Shown: positions 1 to 12,673 of the stretch, in pieces
Layout of the letters: every line of letters begins with the position of its first letter
How positions within the stretch are numbered: the first letter of the stretch is position 1
Source of the DNA: Marsupella aquatica
Taxonomy: Eukaryota > Plantae > Marchantiophyta
Length of the DNA: 64,000 nucleotides
NCBI GenBank assembly: GCA_973895155.1
Contig: OZ316894.1
Span: 2,124,457-2,188,456, forward strand
Direction: 5' to 3'
Notes under the pieces: generated by a model
The model's input: only the letters and a program-made list of their open reading frames with translations
Told to the model about the DNA's origin: nothing
Database searches by the model: none
Made by a program: the position numbers and the translations under genes

Positions 1-900
1 TGAACAGGCGTAGCGGTTGTCTACAACAGATAGTTAGGAACTCACTATTCTTTGTCTACGTTGGAAGCGATTGAGCGCTGATCCCAGAAGAAGTCTAAAT
101 TCCACATGCAGAGTTGCTGCTTCTGACATTTCCAACTTGTCAGTCATTCACATTATTTGTACGCCTGAGAACCTTCCACATGCTTGTGCCGGGCTCATTC
201 ATGCTTTCCCATCGTTCTTTTCCGTCGTGTTGATGTCATTGTTTGTCTTCCAGTGAATTATCATTGTGAGATGCTTTAGTTTCTCGGAATCCTTTAGTGA
301 TTGTGGATGATTGAGCTCTGCGTTGTGTCCTGGTTTGTCTCTATTAATGATTATTATTTACGAAATGGGTTGCTGTCTAGTACAACCAAGATCAAAGTCA
401 AATTGCCCGTAGTGTAGTATGACTACCGAACGACCTATGCTACATATATTGGAAGCACCTACGATAGCTCTCTACCATAACAGCTAGACCTACGTTGAAT
501 GTTTCGAAGCGATCCAGGAAACCTTTTCAAACACTCCAGCGTGAAATAAAGTATTGCAGGGCTTTGCATGGAGATCCTGCAGCACAACATGCAGGATGGC
601 CATGCTCTGGCCGGTTCTAGACACCACAGAATAATTCAGCACAACATGTAGACTATATAGTACTTGAGGAAGAGGACCCTGGAATGCTATTATGTGTTAG
701 AACGTACGGCAACGAGGGTCGTAACACGGATTCCATCGCCAATGTAGTCTGCAGCCTACTTCCAGGACTGTGGAGGATAAATTATTTGACGGCCGCAGCC
801 TTGTTTCGAATTGGGAATTCGCTTCCTGGTACTCTAATCTCTTCGTCGGAGTGAATCTCAACTCTGATTGCGCACCCTCGTAACACTATTTCCATCAATT

Positions 901-1003
901 CTTTTCATTCACAAATCGGTGAACTGTCAAAAGCAATTGGCATGACTTGTATTCTTTTCATTCACAAATCGGTGAACTGTAAAAAGCAATTGGCATGACT
1001 TGT
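901..1003. repeat. Tandem duplication, 2 x ~50 bp (period 53)
   Basis: cttttcattcacaaatcggtgaactgt(c/a)aaaagcaattggcatgacttgt at 901-950 and 954-1003. Confidence 0.9.
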
Positions 1004-1122
1004 CCCCCCGCTTGCCCTCTGTAACTGCGGAGAGGATCGACATCTCTTTGAATGGGTTACATTTCAGGTGTTTGTTTCGGAAGCGTGTTCGTCATTGGGT
1101 TAGGTTCTGTAGTGGAACAAGA

Positions 1123-1272
1123 GAAAACCAAATGCTATCCCAGAACGACGGAATCCCACCCCACTCTACACGAGGAATTATGCTACAGTCAGAGAGGAAA
1201 ACCAAATGCTATCCCAGAACGACGGAATCCCACCCCACTCTACACGAGGAATTATGCTACAGTCAGAGAGGA
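1123..1272. repeat. Perfect tandem duplication, 2 x 74 bp
   Basis: gaaaaccaaatgctatccc...gctacagtcagagag starts at 1123 and again at 1197. Confidence 0.95.
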
Positions 1273-1969
1273 GCTCATACCACAGGTACATGTAGCACCA
1301 CCTTTCACTTCTGATGAAAGTAGACATGCTGAAAATGAAGCATTCCACGGAATGTCATCAAGGCGAACACTTCTAGACGACCCAATAGAATGCAAGACAT
1401 ACGCTTCACTTTATCAGAGATGCCACAAAATCATGGTCGTCACAGGCAGGTTGAAAAACAGCGAAGGAATTCATAAATGTTGACAGTCTAAAATTACCTG
1501 CCACGTTCATCACCTAATAAAATCTACAGTAAATTCCTATACTATTCATTGTCATCCATAGGGTGGAGACATCCTTTCTATCACCTCCAACCGGATGGAG
1601 AAGAGAATGAATTGAGATTGCGTCCCTTGTGTGCCAGTAGTAGCTTGGAGATCCCCAATACTGACAATTGAGGGGAATTTGGACAGATTTACATTGACGC
1701 TAAAGATGCCTGAATTCTGAGAACTTTAATTAAATAAAGGGCCAGCCTCAGTTGCAGAACGTAACGAGGAGCGCTAGCAGTTGTGCTTGACAGCATCACC
1801 GAAGAAGAGATTCTCATACAGATCTTCAGCACAGCTCACGATCTGTAACTGTAGGGCTTCCCTTGCAGCTCCCGGTGGACTCCTTCTGGTCTCCAATTCG
1901 AAGATATCAGCCAGAACGATTCATCGCTGGCAAGATCTATTTTCAGCAGCAAAGACCTAAACGTAGCTA

Positions 1970-4820
1970 CTAGACTTTGATGTGCTCTTCGAAGACCTCC
2001 ATATGCTCGGGCTCCAGTGCCATGACAAGGTTGAGTCCACCATCCTGCGTGCCGTTGGACAGCAGCAGGACAAACTCCACTAGAGGAGTAACGATGGGAC
2101 CTGCGTAGATGGGCTTTCCCCAGCCATAATCGATGGAATAAAAGGGCATCTTCCACCAAGCACTGAGGAAAAATCCTCCGAAAAGCGCCGGGATGCCTTT
2201 CCTTGTCTCCCCCCAATCAAATGATGACCTCACGTAGTCATCAGTGACCTGAGCAATAGCCTTTTGAATCACCTGCACCGCCTGGACGTAGGTGTACTTT
2301 TTTATTTCGCTGGGGATTCCTCTGGCGCAAGCAGAGTATACTGCATTTCCAGCGAAGTGCTTGGGAAGTGGAGGAATCACCCTGCTGCGGATATCCACCG
2401 CAAACAAAAGGTTGAACGGAGTCTCCGGTAACTCCACAGATTTCGTCCTGGCAAGCCAAATGTGGGCTGCTACGACCTCAAATGTCGACACTCTTTTAAT
2501 GACTCCTCCCTCAAGAGCTCTCTTCTTCAGGGTGTCAATATCCGCAGGAGTGAAAGGGAACGTTTTGGTGACGTGGGTCGAAATATTTTCGAGCTCCATA
2601 AATTCCTTGTCCATCTCATCAGGAATCGAGAAGGGAGAAACACCGGCATCAAGGCCGGGAATATCATCGGGAAGCTCAAAATTTTCGGGATGATCGTATT
2701 TCACGATGGGGGGATCTCTTGCTTTCAGAGATGACCTGTCGTAAGTGGGTGTAAACAGCAGGCCCTCCCCTCTAGCGATGGAAGTCCAATTGAGGAAGAA
2801 GTCAATCGCTCCTGGCCCGTCAAAGAGTGTATGGCTCATCATAATACCCATTGTGTAGCCCCCACATTTGAAGACTGTGACCTGTCATAGAGAAGGTACA
2901 CAGTACGTTGTAAGTTGATCTCCCATCACAAGACAAGAAGAGAAGAGAAGAGTAGAGAATAAGATGCAATTTTTTGGATGTTCACTCGAGAGGGCGTAGA
3001 CCGATAAAACAGCAGGCTAAGAGGTTCTCTCATCGTGCTTGCACCTGCTCAACGGTATAAACATCATTGATCATTACATTTCAGCTCTCCTGCCCTCAGC
3101 GTTTCCTTACCCTACTTCTCAATTGGCAGAACACAACCAGAAAATAGCACATGACTGAAGTCCCTCACATACTTCTTTTTCAGATTCCTCCATTCACTTA
3201 GCTCTTGACAAATGTTGCGACGTAGCTGATCAGATCTGACATCATCTATTCCCTGCCCTTACAGGACACGAACTTAAGTTATCGCTGTTTCCTTGAATCG
3301 TACCACATCAGGCCATAGCTCATTCTCCCGGACATATGGCAATGACAGAGACTTGGGACAGCACGACGGAGGCAGATGGTCCTATCCGGCTGAAGTGGAG
3401 ACGCCGATATCTGCCACCAGCAATGTAAACTATAACTGCCCATCCAACAAGTCTCCAGGTGGCCCAAGGAAGCTCTGTAGATCAACTACTCCATTATACG
3501 AATACCACTCTCAGCCGTTACCTTCATCCACGCCCCTCACATTCCTTACTCCTTCGCAAACCCAGATCGTGTGAGAGTAAGGGCATCCATCCTGATGTTC
3601 CTAAAATGTCAAGGCTTGCAACTTCTCACCCATCGAAGAAGAGACAAAAGTAATAGCCATCTGCCAAATGAACATAGCTACTGCAGATCTGCAATTCCAT
3701 GAACGGAGCTAGCTCTGGGTAATGAAGGACTCCACATTTGCATGTATCCTATCCTATCCATTCATCCTTCGTCTAAATGCGCTCCTGGGCACACATTGTT
3801 CAGACACTGTCAGCCCCTCAGATCTGTTGTTCCCAACCGTTCAGGAACTACGACTGTAGGTGAGACAAAGACACGAAGCACCATCGTCTCGCTCAACGGA
3901 ACACATACAAGCTACATCGTGTCATTAACCTTGAAGGCAGTCTAACGTGCCATTAATGTCAAGCAGACATCAAAATAAGAGTGACAACTCTCAATCTGAA
4001 ATGCACAGTAAAAGTACTGGCTGCACGGTTCCAGCCCAAGCAACGGGTGAACTAACTGCATTGGGATCTACCTACCCCCTCACACACTCATGCCCCGAAC
4101 AGGGAAAAGTCGACGGCAATGCGGCGTTGAAGCCCCATCAACGCACGATCTTCAGAGAGGGTCCTCACCTTCAATGGGGACGGTGAAGGCGCAACCCAAA
4201 CGAGTCACAATCAGAAACGCGACAAGTCCAGGGAGTGTGACCCATTCCATAGAGAGGGCCATCACATGAGGCTCTGATTGGAGCATGCAGAGGATTTGGG
4301 AGATTGAAAAGACATGTGAGGGACGAAGGAGTCAGAGCAATGCGAAGCAAGAAGCAAAACCCACCTGCACGGCGAGGAGAGGCGTATCCAACGCACTCGT
4401 GACGTTGAGGAACTTGGTTGGAACCAACTTCCTGAAGAGGGGGTTCGGCTGGACCACATCGCCCAAATCGGAGATCCTGACATCGCTAGTGCAGTGAGTG
4501 AATTGGGCTCCAGTCCTGTTGAGGTCAATCTCCAGCCTCCTGCTGCCGGGCCCCTCCGGCTTCAATCTCCCGGTCATGAAATGGTATGGCACCAGAACCT
4601 TGGCCAGAGACTCCTTCAGCGTCTCCACCAAGTTATCCACAGGCTTGCTCGGATTGGGCGGGTAAAAATACACCGTCTCGACCGGGATCACCAAGCACTG
4701 GTCGATGTTGCTCAGGAAGAGTCTGCCGCCTGGAGTGGGCTCTGCTGGGACGATGATCGCCGTCTCCCCCACTTTTGAAATCTTCAGATCTGTCACCACC
4801 GCCGGCCCCTCGGACCCCAT
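1970..4820 (-). CDS. BAHD acyltransferase, omega-hydroxypalmitate O-feruloyltransferase (ASFT/HHT)-like; 2 exons (4820-4365, 2881-1970), ~455 aa
   Basis: ATG at 4820, LFLSNIDQ...VETVYFY N-terminus, catalytic HxxxD (HTLFDG) and DYGWG motif. A phase-0 GT-AG intron follows the conserved Q (LLAVQ|VTVFKCGG), and the exon lengths 456+912 keep the frame. Confidence 0.93.
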
Positions 4821-5382
4821 CTTGTCAAAATCTCCTCTCCTCCTCACGAGCTGAGACTCGCTCCCTTAACAGCGAAGCTGCCTCTCTCTTCGTCCTCCTC
4901 ACCCAAATGCTCCAAACTGAGAAATGGCAGAGCTACGTGACCGATTGAGTGAGCTCTTGCTCTGTTCTCGTCACCTCTACCTCTCACTCCTCCGTCCTCT
5001 CCTTCTCCTTCTGTTGTTGCTGATGTGCTGTTTGTCCGAAGCTCTTGGATCTATCGATTGAAGCCTAGGACGAGAGTGGGGACATGGCAAGCTAATCAAC
5101 AACCTGTGCGCACCACCACACCGGGCTGGCAAGCTCAGCTACCACTACCGTTGGACGTTTAAAGCACTGTCAGAGATTCTGCTCTGCAAGGTACACAACA
5201 TCAACTGCAAATATACTACTCCCCCACTACTCCACCACAACGCCCGTTTTGATCACACCACACCTCCTACAGCAATTGCCAATCTCGTCGGAATCTCTCG
5301 TCCTGCTCCTCCCTCTTCTCCTCCTGTTCGTCTACTGTAGTACACCTTTTGCTGCTTCCTTTGTTCCTCCCTCTCTTCGCCT

Positions 5383-5478
5383 CTCCACTCCACTCCACAC
5401 TCCACTCCACTAGTCTCCTCGTCTGGTCTAGCCTGGTCTGGTCTGGTCTGGTCTGGTTTGGTCTGGTCTGGTCTGGTC
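5383..5478. repeat. Compound pentanucleotide microsatellite (CTCCA)n + (GTCTG)n upstream of the BAHD gene
   Basis: ctccactccactccac... followed by gtctggtctagcctggtctggtctgg... Confidence 0.85.
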
Positions 5479-8052
5479 GTGCTCCATCACCATGGGGCTC
5501 CACTTTTAATAAGTCCACCATACGACTACTGGAGTGGCCAGTGACTGCTCGTGTACCAAAGTAAACCGATGTCCCAATTTTATAATTTATTTGTTTTGTT
5601 TTGGAGTGGATGTGCTAAACTGATAATAATTATTAGTTTTGAGCCATGGGGAACTTTGCCTTAGAGCAACTAGAACAGCACCACCCACTGGTGGAAAGTC
5701 TTTGGCCGGGGAAAGCTGCCTCAACTTTAGAAATCCAAATAGAAAAATATGGTGTGGTCTGGGCAAAAGGGTGTGGCTATTCACTATTAGGGCATCTCAA
5801 AGTTCAGTAACTTGTGAGTTATGATTACCGAAACAATCCGTATGGACTTTGAAATCAGTGTTCCCCAAATTTTTGTTTTTGTTTTTGTTCCTAACAGACA
5901 TCAATAAGACATGGTCGTTTTGTTTGTAACAGACATGGTCGTTTGGTTTGTAACAGACGTCAATCAGACATGCCATTCTAGTTTGACCCCCCCCCCGTGC
6001 GCTTATTGGGTCTTTCACGTTTGGGATGCGGCTTTTCTTCTGTAGTGTGAACAAAATGGCATCTGAGAAGATTCCAAGCTTGACTTTAGTACCTTCCCAG
6101 AATGTTAACAAATTTTGGGTGGCAAAAGCTATTTCAATTATTAGAGTCCTTAAGTCAAATGTTGTGATCCATCCTCGCATCATCTTTTGCATTCGGGGCC
6201 ACCAAAGGCCCTTTCTACCAGTTGTAGGAATTCTATTAAATGAATATAAAGCTACAGTAGCTTTCCCTGCCCAAACCAGTTGCACAGCTTGTTCAAAACT
6301 GGGCTATGGCCAACTGATGCTTGCTCGACAAACTCGAATCCCCTTAAAAAAATAACCATTATTGGATTGTGGGCGATGGCCAATACACGAGTACAAATTC
6401 GAAGCTGTGTGCTAAGCTTCGAATGTTGAGAGATTCCCTTGTTTCAAAAATACATAATTTCACAACTTGGGTAGTCACACAGTCGTGGTGGCAAACGGGC
6501 CACAGTTGACTGTGCAAGGGTGCCGTAAGCAACTGGGCTACTGCATGCAGTGCGGATCAACTGCGTAGGTCTGCTCCTGTAGATCCAAACTCAGTCAGAG
6601 GGACGGCAGAGAGGAAATCGAAAACGGATTCGAGATCGAACATTGTCGAGAAGAGTTATGGCGACTTTGTCGTCGATGCTCGTCCATTTCATACTAACAA
6701 AGCTTTACAATTGCCTCCAATTTCAGCTCCGTCCATCGACACAAGTGGACATTAGAGATGCGGGGAGAGCTACAAGGTCGCAGAAGCTAGATTGACTCCG
6801 ATTGATTTGTGTAGGGTAATGGGCAGAGAGAATGATGCTCGGAGCCTGATGCTGCAGATCTAGTGATCTACTCTCGGATCTGTTGGTCCACCTTTTTTGC
6901 GTGTTTCCGTGGGCAATGGGCCCCCCTTTGACTCTTTAATGCTCAACTTATTGGTAACGTTTTCATTTCAAGGGAGAGATTCAGACTCGGATCTGACTGA
7001 TGAGATCCAGAAGTTGAGTCGGGGCGGAGTCGGGTCCGAGGGCAGAGAGAAAACAATTGCGCGTGCCTGGTGCTTGCCAGCCAGCCGGCCAGCCAGCAGC
7101 GACGGGGCCACTGTAGCTGCCATTGGAGCTAACCAGCCATCAACCAACCAAGCTCTCGCTCAGCTGCCTGCCTTGATTCGCCTCGGCCCACCATATTCTC
7201 TGGAAAGTCCAGAGAGTGGATCACGAAGTTGGATGAGACATTACTTCACCGCAATTACGCAATAGGAAGACTTGGGGGAGGAGCTCTGTACACTCATTAA
7301 CTGCCGCCATCATCATCTCGCTCGCTCGCTCATCTCTTCTTCCTCATTCCTCGATGGCTCAATCCCCGCCATTGTTGCCCATTGCTGCTGCTCACGACTC
7401 CGTCCACGACCTTTTAAACTATGCATGTGGGCCCATACTTTCGAGATCCCCAGCACCACAGATACGTTGTAATGCGAGTGAGGAGTTCTAATTACATGAA
7501 GTGTGCAATTCAAGGCGTGCTCTGCTTACACGACCTGCCAAAAATTGGGTTGGACTCTTCGCACTAAAATGGATGTGGGCCATGCTCTTTTGATCCTGAG
7601 TAGAGTTATGTTGGGAACGAGGATAAAGTGCTTGCTCGCCCTTCCAATTACATGTCATCTCATGTGGAAGGTTGTGCAGTAGCTAGGAAGCAATCAAGGC
7701 TGGCTTGGCTTGGCTTGGCTTGGCTGGCTGCCTGGCTCTTTACTACTATGTACAGTCTGGACATATATTTTATTCCATCTCGGGCCTTTTCTCTGGACAT
7801 ATTTAGGGTTCCATCTCTTTCTTTTTTTGCCTTGAAACCCAAAGCTGACCCATCCATCCAACAGAGTATAGACAATCAACTCTCGAGCATGCACCTCTGC
7901 AGGGTAGCACACAGGGGAAGTCATACCTAGAACTAGGAGGGAGAGAGAGTTGGACCAGAGCCCCAAAGAGGACGAGCCAAGGGCTCTGGAGAAACCAGGA
8001 CTCCCACCGCTACACCCCCACACACACATTGACCCTCCACAGCCCTTGCATG

Positions 8053-8118
8053 TGGACGGTGTTGAACCTGGTACCTCTCTGTTCTAGGCCCATCCCCTCG
8101 CCAACTGACTAGAGCCAG
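8053..8118 (-). mobile_element. tRNA-derived (SINE-like) head
   Basis: The minus strand reads TGGCTCTAGTCAGTTGGCGAGG...GAGGTACCAGGTTCAACACCGTCCA, giving A-box-like and B-box-like (GGTTCAACACC) motifs at tRNA spacing without a good cloverleaf. The 3' extent is not defined. Confidence 0.45.
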
Positions 8119-9048
8119 TTGGTTTATTCTATCTCTTTTGGTTACTTTTTTTTTTTTTTTTTAGCCCAGGCAATGAGTATTATGTACAAGGTTCTTGAGG
8201 AACTCATTTATTGTTGCCTATTGGGTCCCGCCATTCAATGTTGTGCTTTATCAGGCTTTATCAGGCATCCCAAGGGTATTTTCCCTGGTATACCCTTGGG
8301 ACAGTTGCCAGTTCATCCCTCACAATACACAGAAAAATAACCTAAGGATGGGTCAATCATGGCATTTGCTGCAAAACGCATTTATCACAACCGCTTGGAT
8401 GGGTAGAGCATCCCTAATCTTAAATAAAAAAGGAAAATTTTCAGCATCTTCTCCTTCACACAAGGTGACATTCAAAGGCCTAAAACTTACCCTGGTCAAA
8501 ACCCTTGCTTACATACCACTGAGTCTAGGGTCATGAGTGGGGCCTCCCAACAATCTATTGCAATTCACTCCCTCATTAGTACAGTCAATTTTATTAACAA
8601 GAACGAGATGGGAAACCTAGGTAGCAAAGGTCCATTGAAGACAGAGGGTGCTTCCCAAATCTATAACATTGCCATCTAACAGAGAGCACCAAAAGGGGAG
8701 AGGGAATCTCAAAGGCAGGAGAAACAATAGAGGGGAAAAAATCAGAGAAACACCCAGGAAGAAAAAAAACCCCAAATCCTGAGAGTCCACAACAACTACC
8801 AAAAAGCCTAAAGCCTATCAAGAACAAAGTGAAATGTTTGGTCACAAACTGGAGGCTTAAAGTCTGGATGGACTGGGACTTTTTCCATGAAGCCCCAATG
8901 GACAAGACAAACCTGTATGGACTAGACTCAAACACAGCTAGGGATATGCTTGGGTGCTGTTTGTCCCCGTTCCATCACAAAATTCAGGACACATGACATG
9001 AAAGATGAATGAAACAGCAGATCTCAATTTTATCATGCATCTCATAAA

Positions 9049-9583
9049 TGTCATGCCGAGGGACAGTGCCTCCTGTGCACATCGGTATGTCCCTCGCATG
9101 CCCGCTAGGTATGTAGTTAGGGCTAGTGTACTACTTGAGTTAGTGTCATGTTCTTGTAGCGAGTCTGGGCCGTTCTTGAAGCAAAGGTGTTTGTTAGTGT
9201 GATGCCTGGACCCGGTCCTACTTAGGGCATGTTTTTCTTTGCCGTTTTTCAGATCTTCTTGAATCGCTGTTGACACAGCTCAGACAGTGCTTGTCGGTTC
9301 CGTACACGGGATTCACACAGTGATTCGTTAGATGCTCCTGGCCGATCTTGGCATCCTGCCGGTTTTCGATTCGATTTCAGTACAAATGTTTCTCTTACGC
9401 CTCTTATATACAGAGGTTTACACCTCCACTACGTACATACCACCTCAGTTGCTTTTTCTTGGCACTTGTGAATGTGATTGGACTTTTTCTAAGGATGTTG
9501 GTTGCTAGCAGCTTGCACATATGCATTGCCGGTGACTTGTATGTTTTTGATACACTATGGCTACGATACTATATGTCACGACA
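9049..9583 (+). mobile_element. Solo X-Y terminal unit of the adjacent retrotransposon family, opposite orientation
   Basis: TGTCATG...CACGACA ends with a 4-bp TSD TAAA (9045-9048 and 9584-9587). It aligns over its full length, with scattered substitutions, to the reverse complement of 10377-10916. Confidence 0.93.
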
Positions 9584-10376
9584 TAAAGGCTAACCTCCAT
9601 TTCAACTAATGGTTTCCCCTTCTCTCTTAATCCACGATTAGAACCTCCTTTCTCTTATCATATATTTGTAAATGTTATTTTGGAAAACTGGCATAGCATA
9701 TGGGAAGCACCCAAGCAAAGCTTAAAAATTTGTCAAATGCAGAATAGAAGAGAACCCCACTTATTATTCAACTGATTACTACTACACGCCAGTAAGTCAG
9801 TTGCCAAAGGTCAAGGTAATGGAAATTTGATTTTGGAAATCTGCATACTTAGCATACAGGAAGCTTCCCAAGCTTCAAAAATTGTAAAATGCAAAACATA
9901 AGAGATCTCTACTTCTTATTTAACTGGTTACAGTTACGTTAGAAGTACACTTGTTGGCAATGGTCAAGGTGAGTCAAATACTCCATTGCCATGGAGTAGG
10001 AAATTGATTGTTGTTGATGAACATTAAAGTCAGTTGAATGGCATGCCCATGTGTAAGGAGCAATTACAAGAACAACCCTATGACCAGTTATTTCCAGGAT
10101 TTTGCAATTAGATTTCATCAGAACTGTCCATATCAAGTCCACTTTGGCTTTGCATGAGAGTGAGTGGTCACTTAAACAAGAAATCTGTCAACCTACCTGT
10201 ACCTCTCAATCCTACATACAGTACCTCTCAATCCTACATGGACCGAAGTGGGTCCCCAAAATTCTTATGTGGACAAAATTTAGGCCACCTCTTGAGGTGG
10301 TACTTTGAAGGAACGACTCTCATCCTGTAGGTACATTATTAGATGCACTGCCTGAACACCTTTTTTGGTGAGGGGG

Positions 10377-11096
10377 TGTCGTGACATATAGTATCGTAGC
10401 CATATAGTGTATCGAAAACATACAAGTCACCAGCAATGCATATGTGCAAGCTGCTAGCAACCAACATGCATAGAAAAAGTTCAATCACATTCACAAGTGC
10501 CAAGAAAAAGCAACTGAGGTGGTATGTACATAGTGGAGGTATAAACCTCTGTATATAAAAGGCGTGATAGAAACAAACGTACTGAAATCAAATCGAAAAC
10601 CGGCGAGATGCCAAGATCAGTCGGGAGCATCTAACGAATCACTGTGTGAATTCCGTGTACGGAACCGACGAGCAGCCTCTGAAAAACTCTGTCTCACAGC
10701 GATTCAAGAAGAACTGAAGAACGGCAAAGAAAAACATGCCCTAAGTAGGACCGGGTCCAGGCGTCACACTAACAAACCCCTTTTGCTTCAAGAATAGCCC
10801 AGACTCGCTACAAGAACATGACACTAACTCAAGTAGTACATTAGCCCTAACCATACCTAGCGGGCATGCGAGGGACATGCCGATGTGCACAAGCGGCACT
10901 GTCCCTCGGCATGACAGCTGTCGTGACATATAGTATCGTAGCCATATAGTGTATCGAAAACATACAAGTCACCAGCAATGCATATGTGCAAGCTGCTAGC
11001 AACCAACATGCATAGAAAAAGTTCAATCACATTCACAAGTGCCAAGAAAAAGCAACTGAGGTGGTATGTACGTAGTGGAGGTATAAACCTCTGTAT
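10377..11096 (-). repeat. 3' repeat block Y1-GC-X2-Y2 (element orientation)
   Basis: The Y copies (178 bp) differ at 1 position. X2 (362 bp) differs from X1 at 4 positions. The 2-nt GC spacer is at 10917-10918. Confidence 0.95.
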
Positions 11097-11103
11097 CCCC
11101 CCC
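11097..11103 (-). other. Polypurine tract (G7) directly abutting repeat Y1
   Basis: The minus strand reads ...GTCTGGGGGGG|ATACAGAGG, ~32 bp after the pol stop codon. Confidence 0.7.
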
Positions 11104-11135
11104 AGACCACAGCCAAAAGGAGGGCTGAAGAAAAG

Positions 11136-12673
11136 TCAGATAGCACGTGGAGCACAGGAAGGGCAAAACCATAACCCTTCTGGCACCTGGGTAAGTTCAG
11201 GCCGAAGGCAGAAAAGATGGTACCCTCCATTGCAATTGTCACACAGCAACATCTGGTCAGCATCATCAATTCGCAAACACACTTTGCAAGGGTAGTCCAC
11301 AGGTGGAATCCAAGTAGAAGTCACAATGGTGGGATCTAGGTTAGGCAGATGACAAGGGGCACAATTCTTGGCATTGTCAGCAATTGTGCGCCCATCTGCC
11401 CCTTGTAACTCTAGCACTCCAGACGGTCGAATAGCTTTAACCCTGAGAATAGTATGACTGGTAGAGGTGTCCAGGGTGTCGTTAGCTTGCCGCTGCAAGT
11501 ACACAAAATCTCCACATCAAACTTCCTGACCTTGGGCTGAAAAGTGCCCCCTCGTGTGTGTGCATAACGCAGTGTGTCCCTGTGTTGTGCAATGGCCAAA
11601 TTCTCCATGGCCATGGGCATAACCCTCCTGAATAGGGCAGCCCTCTCAGAGATCACATCAGACCAAGTCACAGCTGAATCCAAGTCCACCACCTGAAGCA
11701 TGTGAGCAGCAATAGCAGAAGGTGGAACTGGGTGACGACCAAACAACAAGAAGTAGGGAGAAAAGTTAGACAGTGATGCATGTCTGGACATCCTATACCC
11801 CATGGCAATGTAGGGTAAGGCCAGGTCCCAATCTTCCTTGTTTTTGGTGAGGCAGATCTTTCGAAGACCCTTCTTGCATGTCTGAACCATGCGTTCTGCC
11901 AAGCCATCTGCCTGTGGGTGATCTCGTGATGTCCGGCGATGATCAATGAGGGCCTGATCAAGCAGCTCCTGGAACTCTCCTCTAAACTCTGAGCCCTGGT
12001 CAGTGAGACATTCTGCACAAGCTCCAAAACGACTAAGAACTTGTTGCAGGAATGCCTGGCTGGTGCTACGGGAGGTCTTATCCGGCAATGCCACAAGTTC
12101 TATCCACTTGGAGAAATGCTCTATCATGATCATGATGTAGAGATTACTCCGAGACGTGAGGGGTAATTCTCCAGCCAAATCACATGACCAGCGATAAAAC
12201 ATGCCCTGAATGGGGAGTGGATGAAGTGTGGGTTGCCGAGATGTGAAAGAAGTCCTCACCCTATCACACTGTTCACACCGGGCAATAACATCTCGAACCT
12301 GGCCATGCATGCCTCTCCAATGATAATGAGGGACCAAGAGGCTGTAAGTCCTCTTAACGCCAAAATGACCAAGCTCAGAATGTACCTTACGGATAAGGCC
12401 AACCCTCTCATGAATGGGTGGAACCACCACTTCCTTGTCTGGCAAGCAGCGCACGAGATGATCTCCCTTCCACAAGTAGCGCTTGGACCTTTGCTGAATT
12501 CAGTCTCTCTGGGCAGCAGTAACATGTGTGGGGTACTCCCCATGCTGCAGAAATCTCAGAGTGTCGCTGTCCTCCCATATGTCCACCACAGGTTGGTCAA
12601 CAACATAGCATGGCAGCAAAGCAAGATACGTCGATGCATGAAATGTAGGCAGGATGGAAACCTGGTCAAAATC
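11136..12673 (-). pseudogene. Integrase (HHCC zinc finger, DDE core) with C-terminal SH3-like segment and PHD finger; disrupted
   Basis: VHSELGHFG...CEQC, WSCDLAG, LTDQGSEF, HPQADGLAER. PHD CKVC...LLCDNCNGGYHLFCL...WFCPSC at 11154-11288. In-frame TGA at 12500-12502 and a frameshift near 11510 (FDV[G]DFVYLQ). Confidence 0.92.

Noticed and set aside
1000-1483. ORFs of 104-143 aa with an internal peptide repeat
   Set aside because: The repeat comes from the 74-bp DNA duplication, which is not a multiple of 3. No protein motifs.
10377-10916. Treating X-Y as an ordinary 3' LTR with a truncated 5' LTR
   Set aside because: This needs two separate events, loss of Y at the 5' end and gain of Y-GC at the 3' end, at exactly the same breakpoint. 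It also leaves the PPT and PBS adjacent to the wrong boundaries. Less parsimonious, though not excluded without other copies.
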